Shown here in pieces: positions 39,853-47,508 of a DNA stretch of 64,000 nt; the first letter of the stretch is position 1, and each line of letters starts with the position of its first letter. The translations under genes were made by a program, and so were the position numbers. Source of the stretch: Candidatus Nomurabacteria bacterium (lineage in GTDB: Bacteria > Patescibacteriota > Saccharimonadia > Saccharimonadales > Saccharimonadaceae); contig JAISOF010000024.1 in assembly GCA_031275815.1 (NCBI GenBank), forward strand, positions 10,254-74,253, read 5' to 3'. Under the pieces are notes generated by a model, which was not told the origin of the DNA, did no database searches, and was given only the letters and a program-made list of their open reading frames with translations.

Positions 39853-41115
39853 ATGAAACAGCTCAAACCCCTCCGCATAGCCATAGCAATCCTCATTTTC
39901 CTCAGCATTATCTTGCTAATGTTAGTGTCAACGTGGTCATCCGGCAGATTCTACGTCTATGCCTCCCTCGCGTCAATCATCCTTGCCCTCATTCTCACCC
40001 TCACCTATATCACCCTCGCCCGCAAACACACCAAAACCTCCAAAACCTTAACAACCGCTCCTTATGCCACCCTCAAAACTCTCGTCCCCGCCATCGTCTT
40101 CCTCATAATATATTCCCTGTCCTCTTTCGCGCCGTGCTCAACACTTTTCGGCTACTGTATCGTTTCCCCCAAAATGGTCGTTTTTGTTTTCTTGGGTCCT
40201 CTGGCTCTCATCATCACCATCATCATCGCCCTCGCCACCCACACTCCCCGCCCAAAAACCACACCAAAATCCAAAAAACTCCATCCAAAGAGCCTCGCCC
40301 CTATACCGACCCCACTATATAACCCGCGCCTAAACCTCTCCCCAATTCTCCCCCACATGCACCTCCACCGCCAACTTAACCGGCAAATCAGGAGCAATCC
40401 CCTCCATCGTCTTTTTCAAAATCTCCGCCACCCGCTCGGCATACTCTTTCGCGCACTCCACCATAATGGAATCATGGATTTGCAAAATCATCCCGCCCAA
40501 ATCACCAAGCTCCGCGTCCAACTTAATCATCGCTTTCTTCATCAAGTCCGCCTCTGTTCCCTGAATCGGCATATTAGTCGTCGCGCGTTTCGCCGCCTCG
40601 CGTACCACAAAAATCGGGGAGCTGAGATCCGGTGTCGGTCGTCGTCGCCCAAACAGCGTCTCCACAAACCCGTCCGTCTTCGCCTTTTCCAAAGTCTTAT
40701 CCATAAAATCCTTAATTGGCTTTCGGAGTTCAAAATAATCCTCAATAAACTGCGCCGCCGCCGCCCTGTCCATCCCCGTTGCCGCCGCCAACCCCGTCGG
40801 GCTCATGCCATAGAGCACCCCAAAATTGATGACTTTCGCCGCCCGTCGCTGCTCCTTGCTCACCTCTTCTATCGGCACCTTGAACACATCACTAGCAGTC
40901 TTGGTGTGCACGTCAACCCCAGAATTAAAATCTTGCATCAGCTGTTCATCCCCAGCCAGCGCCGCCGCCAACCTCAACTCAAACTGCGCATAATCCGCCG
41001 AGACAAACACTTTGCCGCCATCCGCCACAAAACAACTGCGAATCTGCCGCCCCGCGTCGTTGCGCACTGGAATGTTCTGCAAGTTCGGATTGACACTGGA
41101 CAACCGTCCCGTTGA
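39853..41115 (+). CDS. Hypothetical multi-TM protein; only the first ~159 codons (up to ~40329) look genuine, and the rest runs antisense through polA
   Basis: The N-terminus has 4 hydrophobic segments. After 40330 the composition becomes R/L/H/P/Q-rich, as in antisense shadow ORFs. Confidence 0.3.
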   Translation: MKQLKPLRIAIAILIFLSIILLMLVSTWSSGRFYVYASLASIILALILTLTYITLARKHTKTSKTLTTAPYATLKTLVPAIVFLIIYSLSSFAPCSTLFGYCIVSPKMVVFVFLGPLALIITIIIALATHTPRPKTTPKSKKLHPKSLAPIPTPLYNPRLNLSPILPHMHLHRQLNRQIRSNPLHRLFQNLRHPLGILFRALHHNGIMDLQNHPAQITKLRVQLNHRFLHQVRLCSLNRHISRRAFRRLAYHKNRGAEIRCRSSSPKQRLHKPVRLRLFQSLIHKILNWLSEFKIILNKLRRRRPVHPRCRRQPRRAHAIEHPKIDDFRRPSLLLAHLFYRHLEHITSSLGVHVNPRIKILHQLFIPSQRRRQPQLKLRIIRRDKHFAAIRHKTTANLPPRVVAHWNVLQVRIDTGQPSR

Positions 41116-42684
41116 AGTCACATTCTGCGTGAAAGTCGTGTGAATCCTGTCATCTTTGTCTGCCAACTTCGGCAAAGCGTCGATATAAGTGTTCAAAAGT
41201 TTGGACACCTCGCGATAACTTTCCACCAGTGCAATAATCGGGTGCTTGTCCCGCAATTTTTCCAACTCGCTCACCCCCGTGGAATAAGCGCGTTGTTTCT
41301 TTTTTATCCCCTCCGTCGGCAACTTCAGCTCCTCAAACAACACCTCCGAAAGTTGCATGGGGCTGTTCAAATTAAACTCACGTCCTGTCATCTCAAAAAT
41401 CTGCCGCTCTGTTTCCGCCAGCTCCGCCGTCATACTACTCGACAACTCCAAAAACTGCCTCCTGTCAATCTTGATACCTCGCCGCTCCATCTTGTACAAC
41501 ACCGGAATCAGAGGAAAATCCAATTCAAAAGCCACTTTCTTCAGCTTGGGTTTCTCGTCAAACTCCGCCCGCTGCCGGTCAAAAATATCGCTCATCTCGC
41601 CCAAAGACAGCTCCGCATAATCCACTTTTTTCAGGGGGTTCAACAAAAACTCCGCCTGCGTCAGGTCATAAAAGCTCACGTCTTGATATTGTAGCGCTCT
41701 CAATAGCTCTTTTACATTGCCCGCGACCACTAACCCATCCGTGATAGTATCTCCCATATACTCCGTACCGACTATTTCAACTGTATCTGCCAAAACCTCC
41801 GTTTGCACGCCCTGCCCTAAAAACTCCGGATACTTGCGCACCAGACTGAAAAACTCCAACTTTTCCAATTCCCGCTTCACTGCTGCCCCATCCATCGCGG
41901 AAGCGTCTTGGATATCTTTGAGGCTGACCGGCGCGTCCAACATAATCTCCGCAAGCCGCCGGCTCACCTCCACCAACTCTCGGCTACTGCGCAATTTCTC
42001 CCCCACCGAACCCTTAATCCCATCCACATGCTGAAAAATCGCGTCCAGATTCCCATATTCCTGCAACAATTTCACCGCCGTCTTCTCGCCAATCCCTTTC
42101 GCCCCCGGAATATTGTCCGAGGAGTCTCCTTTCAAAGCCTTCAAATCCAAAAACTGTTCCTTTTTGATGCCGTACTTCTCCTCAAAATGCTGTACGTCGA
42201 ACTCCTCAATATTCGAAAACCCCGTTTTCAGAGCAAACAACTTCGTGTGCTCATCCACTACCTGCAACATATCCAAATCCGAGGACACCAAAATCGTTTC
42301 ATAACCCGCCGCGTCCGCCTGTTTCGCCAAAGTCCCCATGATATCATCCGCCTCAAAATCATCGCACTCAAACAACGTCCACCCCAAAACTTCCAACAAC
42401 TCGTGCAAAACCGGCACCTGCGCATAAAAGTCCGGTGGCGCCGGCTTCCGCCCCGCCTTGTATTGTGGATAGATTTCAAGCCGCCGCCGGATATTAGTCT
42501 TCGGCTTGTCCCAAGCCACCGCCACCAAATCCGGCTTCAACTTGTTGATAATCTCCAGCGCCACCACCGCAAAACCATACACCCCGCCGGTCGGCGTCCC
42601 ATCTTTCAAACTGAGGTTCGGCATCGCATAATACCCGCGATAAAACACACTTTTCCCGTCAATAATCACCAATTTCTTCGCCAT
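40330..42684 (-). CDS. polA: DNA polymerase I (5'-nuclease plus polymerase domain; short linker in place of a full 3'-5' exonuclease domain)
   Basis: Has MAKKLVIIDGKSVFYRGYYA, and the pol motifs DYAQFELRLAA and QIHDSIMVE. 784 aa. Confidence 0.9.
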   Translation of the reverse strand: MAKKLVIIDGKSVFYRGYYAMPNLSLKDGTPTGGVYGFAVVALEIINKLKPDLVAVAWDKPKTNIRRRLEIYPQYKAGRKPAPPDFYAQVPVLHELLEVLGWTLFECDDFEADDIMGTLAKQADAAGYETILVSSDLDMLQVVDEHTKLFALKTGFSNIEEFDVQHFEEKYGIKKEQFLDLKALKGDSSDNIPGAKGIGEKTAVKLLQEYGNLDAIFQHVDGIKGSVGEKLRSSRELVEVSRRLAEIMLDAPVSLKDIQDASAMDGAAVKRELEKLEFFSLVRKYPEFLGQGVQTEVLADTVEIVGTEYMGDTITDGLVVAGNVKELLRALQYQDVSFYDLTQAEFLLNPLKKVDYAELSLGEMSDIFDRQRAEFDEKPKLKKVAFELDFPLIPVLYKMERRGIKIDRRQFLELSSSMTAELAETERQIFEMTGREFNLNSPMQLSEVLFEELKLPTEGIKKKQRAYSTGVSELEKLRDKHPIIALVESYREVSKLLNTYIDALPKLADKDDRIHTTFTQNVTSTGRLSSVNPNLQNIPVRNDAGRQIRSCFVADGGKVFVSADYAQFELRLAAALAGDEQLMQDFNSGVDVHTKTASDVFKVPIEEVSKEQRRAAKVINFGVLYGMSPTGLAAATGMDRAAAAQFIEDYFELRKPIKDFMDKTLEKAKTDGFVETLFGRRRPTPDLSSPIFVVREAAKRATTNMPIQGTEADLMKKAMIKLDAELGDLGGMILQIHDSIMVECAKEYAERVAEILKKTMEGIAPDLPVKLAVEVHVGENWGEV

Positions 42685-42691
42685 ACTTCGA

Positions 42692-42697
42692 ATTATA
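42692..42697 (-). promoter_or_regulatory. -10 box TATAAT, 7 nt upstream of the polA ATG (leaderless-type)
   Basis: The minus strand reads agaTATAATtcgaagtATGgcg. Confidence 0.55.
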
Positions 42698-42752
42698 TCT
42701 TAAAAATCCCAAATAAGCTAGTGCCACACTTGATGTAAAAATAACTCTACTG

Positions 42753-42758
42753 TATAAT
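42753..42758 (+). promoter_or_regulatory. -10 box TATAAT, 7 nt upstream of ATG 42766 (leaderless-type)
   Basis: Sequence is ctgTATAATgtgtacaATGttt. Confidence 0.55.
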
Positions 42759-42765
42759 GTGTACA

Positions 42766-44253
42766 ATGTTTCATAAAAACGCTCTCAACTACGATATAGA
42801 CACTGGCGCCGAAAGCGCCACGCTTGTTTGTGACATATTGGATGATAAGCCACTTTTGGAGCAAGATTTGAGCGAAATTGAAAAAATCCGTAAGGAAATT
42901 ACCCACGACGATGATGAAGGTGGCGAGCAATTGTATAATGGGCTGAGAGAATGGTTGACGTCGCTTGACACCGACGCAGGCTGGGACGAAACAAAGGCAA
43001 AAGCGAGACAAGAGCTTGGCTCACTATCCCCAAATGTCTTGGATATTATTCTACAGCGAGTGAGCCCCTTGATGAAAGAGTTGCCTGCTGGACACAGCAA
43101 AGGTCATGCTTTGAGAGATTCTGTGAATATCACCAAAATACTGGGGGACAAAAATTTGGAGCATGATAAATTGGACGAGGTCGAGTTGCTAACTGGCATT
43201 ATCGGCGGAATGATACACGACATTGGAATATCAATCGTTGACCGTTATGCTGAAGTGAATGCTGTGATTGGTCATGCTGAAGTCGGTGCAGTATTGGCTG
43301 ACAAATATTTATCTGATATTATCCCGAACAACTTAAGAAAATTATTAACATATAACATTGCCGCGCACACAAATTATCAGAAAGACCGCGCGGTGGTGCT
43401 GTCGGATGGTCATGAGGCTGTTGCGAAAACTTATGGCGGCAAAGATGACCGGTATAGCCTCTGGCTTACTCGAGCGGCCGACCGCAACGATGCCGCTGGA
43501 ATGCCATCCATTGTCCGGAACATCGCTGTTAACGCCACTAATATTCAAGAATACAATGGGGATTCATTTGATAGATTCGCTGACGAAAAAGATTCATTCA
43601 TCCAACAATTTGATTTGTCGCCCGACAACGCGAAAATTCTGAAACATATCAATATGTTTGCGACTAATTTTTATAAAAATCCTGACGGAACCGGTGAGAA
43701 TATATACAACAAATATGACTCGCCGCATTTTACAAAATTAGTGTCTGACAGCAATAAGGACACCCTGTTGTTTTTTGCAATTATTTCTGATGATGCGAAA
43801 AACGAATTAATAGCCAAAGCGGCGGCTATCCAACCAGACCTATCAACCACTTTTGGCAATTTATTAGATGAACACAAGCAACTAATTGAGCAATATCAAA
43901 CAAAAGAAATCAATGATGATGAAGCAACTCGAATTTGGCAGGAGTTTCGTAGCCTGTGTCATAAAATTGAGCCCGCCAAAGACTTGGACGACAAACTAGA
44001 CATCTGGTTGGATAAAGCCAATCAATGGCTCAGCGCCAGTGATAGAGATCATTGGCTGCGCGGTTTTGCGTTCTTGACAGAAAATATCTTTCCGCGCTGG
44101 AGAAACGAAACTGAAAAACTCTTGGCGCATAACTTGCAACTCGGTAAAAAAATCGAAAGTAACGATGATGGCATCAAAGAACTTTTCACGAAACTTGGAG
44201 ACAATTTGCAAAACATTGCCGAACAATCTTTCCGACAGATGACATCAAAATAG
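42766..44253 (+). CDS. HD-domain phosphohydrolase-like protein
   Basis: Has GHSKGHALRDS and GGMIHDIG (H...HD). Confidence 0.55.
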   Translation: MFHKNALNYDIDTGAESATLVCDILDDKPLLEQDLSEIEKIRKEITHDDDEGGEQLYNGLREWLTSLDTDAGWDETKAKARQELGSLSPNVLDIILQRVSPLMKELPAGHSKGHALRDSVNITKILGDKNLEHDKLDEVELLTGIIGGMIHDIGISIVDRYAEVNAVIGHAEVGAVLADKYLSDIIPNNLRKLLTYNIAAHTNYQKDRAVVLSDGHEAVAKTYGGKDDRYSLWLTRAADRNDAAGMPSIVRNIAVNATNIQEYNGDSFDRFADEKDSFIQQFDLSPDNAKILKHINMFATNFYKNPDGTGENIYNKYDSPHFTKLVSDSNKDTLLFFAIISDDAKNELIAKAAAIQPDLSTTFGNLLDEHKQLIEQYQTKEINDDEATRIWQEFRSLCHKIEPAKDLDDKLDIWLDKANQWLSASDRDHWLRGFAFLTENIFPRWRNETEKLLAHNLQLGKKIESNDDGIKELFTKLGDNLQNIAEQSFRQMTSK

Positions 44254-44263
44254 CCACTACTCG

Positions 44264-45241
44264 TCAAACATTAAACCGAAACTCCACCACATCCTCCGGT
44301 TGCATTACGTAATCCCGCCCCTCTGTGCGCATTTTGCCGGCTTCTTTCACCGCTTTTTCCGATCCCAAGTTTACCAAATCATCATATTTCATCACTTGCG
44401 CTGCGATAAACCCTTTCTGAAAATCCGTGTGAATCACGCCCGCCGCCTCTGGTGCAGTCGCTCCTTTCGGTATCGTCCATGCCCGTACCTCCTTTTTTCC
44501 CGCCGTGAGGTAACTCTGCAGCCCCAAAACGTCATACGCCGCCTGTATCAACTGCTCCAGCCCGCTACTTTCAATCCCAAACGACGCCAAAAACTCTTTC
44601 CGCTCATCCTCGTTCATCCCCGCCATCTCCTCCTCCAGCTTCGCATTCACAAAAATTGCTTTCGCCGGCGCCACCAACTTCTCCAACTCCGCTTTCCGCG
44701 CTACGTCGCCAAGCGTTTTTTCATCCACATTGAACATATAAATCACCGGTTTCTCCGTCAAAAACGGCACATTTTCCGCCTCCGCGGGCTTTTTTTCGGC
44801 ATTTTTCTTCCCCGCCATCTTCTCCCGCGTCTCCAAATCCGCCAACTCCAACTCCGTGTTAATAATCTCAATGTCCTCCTTCGGGTCGACCACCTCACGC
44901 GTGTTCACGACGTTATCATCAAAAAACGCCCTGACCACATGGCAAATCGCGTCGCACTCCCGAATGTGCGCCAAAAACTTGTTGCCCAGCCCCTCGCCCT
45001 TGCTCGCGCCAGCCACCAACCCCGCAATATCCACAAACTTCACGCTTGCCGGTATAATTTTCTCTGTACTGTACATTTTGGCGAGTACATCCAATCTGGC
45101 GTCCGGCACCGGCACAATCCCCACATTCGGCTCAATCGTCGCAAAAGGATAATTCGCGGAGAGCGCCCCCGCGTTCGTCAAAGCATTGAACAACGTACTT
45201 TTCCCCACATTCGGCAACCCCACAATCCCAATCTTTAACAT
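44264..45241 (-). CDS. ychF: Ribosome-binding ATPase YchF (short form, 325 aa)
   Basis: MLKIGIVGLPNVGKSTLFNALT and a C-terminal TGS-like segment. Confidence 0.9.
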   Translation of the reverse strand: MLKIGIVGLPNVGKSTLFNALTNAGALSANYPFATIEPNVGIVPVPDARLDVLAKMYSTEKIIPASVKFVDIAGLVAGASKGEGLGNKFLAHIRECDAICHVVRAFFDDNVVNTREVVDPKEDIEIINTELELADLETREKMAGKKNAEKKPAEAENVPFLTEKPVIYMFNVDEKTLGDVARKAELEKLVAPAKAIFVNAKLEEEMAGMNEDERKEFLASFGIESSGLEQLIQAAYDVLGLQSYLTAGKKEVRAWTIPKGATAPEAAGVIHTDFQKGFIAAQVMKYDDLVNLGSEKAVKEAGKMRTEGRDYVMQPEDVVEFRFNV

Positions 45242-45330
45242 AAATCCCCATCTTTCATAATTACAATCAAATTATATCATAAACTATCCGATTTCCGACA
45301 GCAGCCCTCCCCTCCCCTGATAAAAACCCG

Positions 45331-45498
45331 CAAAAAAGCCGTCCATTCCGAAATCAGACGGCTTTCATGATTGTCCAATCTGGCTAAGAACTGCCCCTCC
45401 CGCCGGCAGAATAGGCACAGTCATCGCTCTCACCCCCTTCAAAAAAAGTCTCAAACCTCAGCCAGACTACCAAAAAGGTGCAGCCCTTTGGGCTCTGT
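45331..45498 (-). ncRNA. Candidate small RNA (~170 nt) or long 3' UTR ending in an intrinsic terminator
   Basis: The minus strand has an extended -10 TGtTACAAT (45505-45513). Internal helices include TCTGGCT with AGCCAGA and CTGCC with GGCAG. The terminator is AGCCGTC-N13-GACGGCT plus TTTTTT (45363-45332). I could not assign a class. Confidence 0.3.
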
Positions 45499-45566
45499 GA
45501 ACTCATTGTAACATAATAGTTATGTTTTGGTACCCAATAAAGCAAAATAATTTTTTGGCGTTTATT

Positions 45567-46202
45567 TCAGTTGACCTCTCCGGTCAAAGTAATTTGGCTG
45601 GTATAATCGCAAGGTTGCTGGCTGTAATCCGCTTTCACCCCAAAATGCAGATAAGTGGTGTCTCCTCCGGTGATGGTGGGTGCGGTTTTGTTGGTGAGAG
45701 TAATCGGCGAGGAAGCCGGAATGGGTTGCCATGTACTGGGGATGGCGGTATTCGTGGCGTGGCTAAACCCCCAAGTGTTTGAATTGAGGTTTCCAGCACT
45801 AGCAATTGATGGGATGGTATAGCTATTATCAGTGCCACAAATAAGGTCTGAATCACTGGTCGAAACTGACATCGTCAACTTATAGCCATTTGTGGCCGTC
45901 GTGTCAACCGTCACCTGCGTATAATCCGAAGTCTCCACGTTGGGCATGACCGCAAGATTGATATCCGACGAAGACAGGGTGAGATAAATCGGGCTCTGAA
46001 TCACAATATTATATCGCTGTATATGCGCGTTGGGAGGTATCGCCGGATTGCCATTAATAATAATCTGGTACCGCTGGACATGCGGATCCGGAGCCGCAAA
46101 AGCCGCCCCTGTTAGCCCCATCGCCAAAAGCACAGAGACTATCGCCCAGTTTCCGACCGACCTTTTTAATGTCGCTAACCTTTTAATACTATCAATTTTC
46201 AT
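45567..46202 (-). CDS. Secreted protein carrying the C-terminal module shared with 10079..12748 and 57154..60483
   Basis: The start MKIDSIKR has a GGAGGT SD 7 nt upstream. The signal peptide is ...LLAMGLTGAAFA. See the findings for the C-terminal alignment. Confidence 0.65.
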   Translation of the reverse strand: MKIDSIKRLATLKRSVGNWAIVSVLLAMGLTGAAFAAPDPHVQRYQIIINGNPAIPPNAHIQRYNIVIQSPIYLTLSSSDINLAVMPNVETSDYTQVTVDTTATNGYKLTMSVSTSDSDLICGTDNSYTIPSIASAGNLNSNTWGFSHATNTAIPSTWQPIPASSPITLTNKTAPTITGGDTTYLHFGVKADYSQQPCDYTSQITLTGEVN

Positions 46203-46420
46203 ATTATGTACCTCCATAGTAGGTATTTCACTATTTATACTATCTACATATATTTTATTAGTTACATCTTTAACTATAAAAACAATATAATTTTATCATA
46301 AGTATCAATATAATACCAACTATTTTTTACATAAAGTTTTCCACAAGCGCTACAACAAAAAGCTACCCCGCATTCCCTGCACGGTCGCCCTCTCTTGTAT
46401 AAATGAAACTCCTCTGAAAA

Positions 46421-46448
46421 AACAGGTGCAATACAACTCACTCCTGTT
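46421..46448 (-). terminator. Hairpin AACAGG-N16-CCTGTT plus TTTTTC downstream of tRNA-Arg
   Basis: Read on the minus strand. Confidence 0.4.
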
Positions 46449-46455
46449 CTTTCAG

Positions 46456-46532
46456 TGGTACACTCGGCGCGATTCGAACGCACGACCTTTGGCTCCGCAA
46501 GCCAACGCTCTATCCAGCTGAGCTACGAGTGC
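46456..46532 (-). tRNA. tRNA-Arg (anticodon GCG), CCA encoded
   Basis: The acceptor GCACTCG pairs with CGAGTGT (G.U). The anticodon arm is TTGGC-TTGCGGA-GCCAA and the T arm is GTGCG-TTCGAAT-CGCGC. Confidence 0.85.
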
Positions 46533-46644
46533 AGGTGTGGGTTAAAACGCCTTTACGGCATCATAACCCACCCAAAAATGAAAGGAGCATCACCGGTGAG
46601 TAACCGATGGCAAAGTCATTGTAGCATATTTATTCACAATATGC

Positions 46645-46650
46645 TATGAT
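46645..46650 (+). promoter_or_regulatory. -10 box TATGAT, 7 nt upstream of ATG 46658 (leaderless-type)
   Basis: Sequence is gcTATGATtatttacATGgaa. Confidence 0.45.
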
Positions 46651-46657
46651 TATTTAC

Positions 46658-47470
46658 ATGGAAGAACAAAATCGGCATGACAATCAACCAAAAACCGGTG
46701 GGAAAAACAAAAACTCTGTTTCAATCGGCAAAAAAGCCAGAAAAACTTATGCCAAAATCGTGGCGGCATTTTATGGCAATCCCGCGCGCAAATTGCAAGT
46801 GATTGCGGTTTCTGGCTCCAACGGCAAGTCTGAAGCCGTCAATTTGATTAATGAAGTGCTGAAAGAGGCAGGACACAAAACCGCCATGCTGGCGGCCGGA
46901 GAGCTGGAAATCGTGAACCAACGACAAAAAAATAACGAAGGCATCAAGCCCTCCATCAGCTTATACCAGCGTTTCTTGTCCGCCGCACAAAAACGCGGTG
47001 CAGAATACGTGGTTTTGGAAGTCGACCACTTTGCCCTGAAAAAAGACTATCTGGCGGATATACCGCTCTGGGCAGCAGTACTGACCAATTTCACCAGTAC
47101 TCACCCAGCGTACAGTACTCCTGAAGAATATGCTACAGTTAAATCAAAACTATTAGATAAATCACCCAAATACACCGTATTGAACTATGATGACGAGTGG
47201 TTTGGCTATTTCAGTCAGTACAAACCAATCGAAAAGACAGTACTGTTTGGGCGCAACCGCAATTCTGACATCCGCATTGACCGCGTGAAGTTCTATAAAA
47301 GAGGCACCGAAATGCAAGCTTTCGTGCGCGACAAATACCCCATCGGCGTGGCAACCTTCTTCACAACCGAAGCCAGCCCCGCCGCCATGTCCGCCGCCAT
47401 TGCCATCGGCGATCTCCTGAACATCCCGCCCGAAAAAGTGCAAAACGGCATTGCCAATCTGGAAGTGTAA
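46658..47470 (+). CDS. Mur-ligase family protein, central (ATP-binding) domain only
   Basis: IAVSGSNGKSEAVNLI is a Mur-ligase P-loop. The 270-aa product lacks the usual C-terminal domain. Confidence 0.55.
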   Translation: MEEQNRHDNQPKTGGKNKNSVSIGKKARKTYAKIVAAFYGNPARKLQVIAVSGSNGKSEAVNLINEVLKEAGHKTAMLAAGELEIVNQRQKNNEGIKPSISLYQRFLSAAQKRGAEYVVLEVDHFALKKDYLADIPLWAAVLTNFTSTHPAYSTPEEYATVKSKLLDKSPKYTVLNYDDEWFGYFSQYKPIEKTVLFGRNRNSDIRIDRVKFYKRGTEMQAFVRDKYPIGVATFFTTEASPAAMSAAIAIGDLLNIPPEKVQNGIANLEV

Positions 47471-47508
47471 ACCGCGAAGCCCTCAACAACGCTTGAATTA
47501 GAAAATCC

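Noticed and set aside
44300-45238. Long ORFs lying antisense to clearly identified genes. Examples: 585..1208, 5437..6255, 10190..11092, 25298..25957, 27787..28356, 29080..29766, 34910..35752, 37278..38210, 38567..39046, 41908..42738, 44300..45238, 60682..61326 and 62825..63310.
   Set aside because: Each mirrors a gene with strong family motifs on the other strand. Their translations are R/L/H/P/Q-rich low-complexity strings typical of shadow frames, and none has a promoter or SD.
45331-45498. Assigning the candidate sRNA as SRP (4.5S) RNA.
   Set aside because: The conserved domain IV signature (GGAA tetraloop flanked by the AGCAGC-type loop) is not present. Only a loose CUGCC-GGCG-GGAGGGGCAG resemblance exists.
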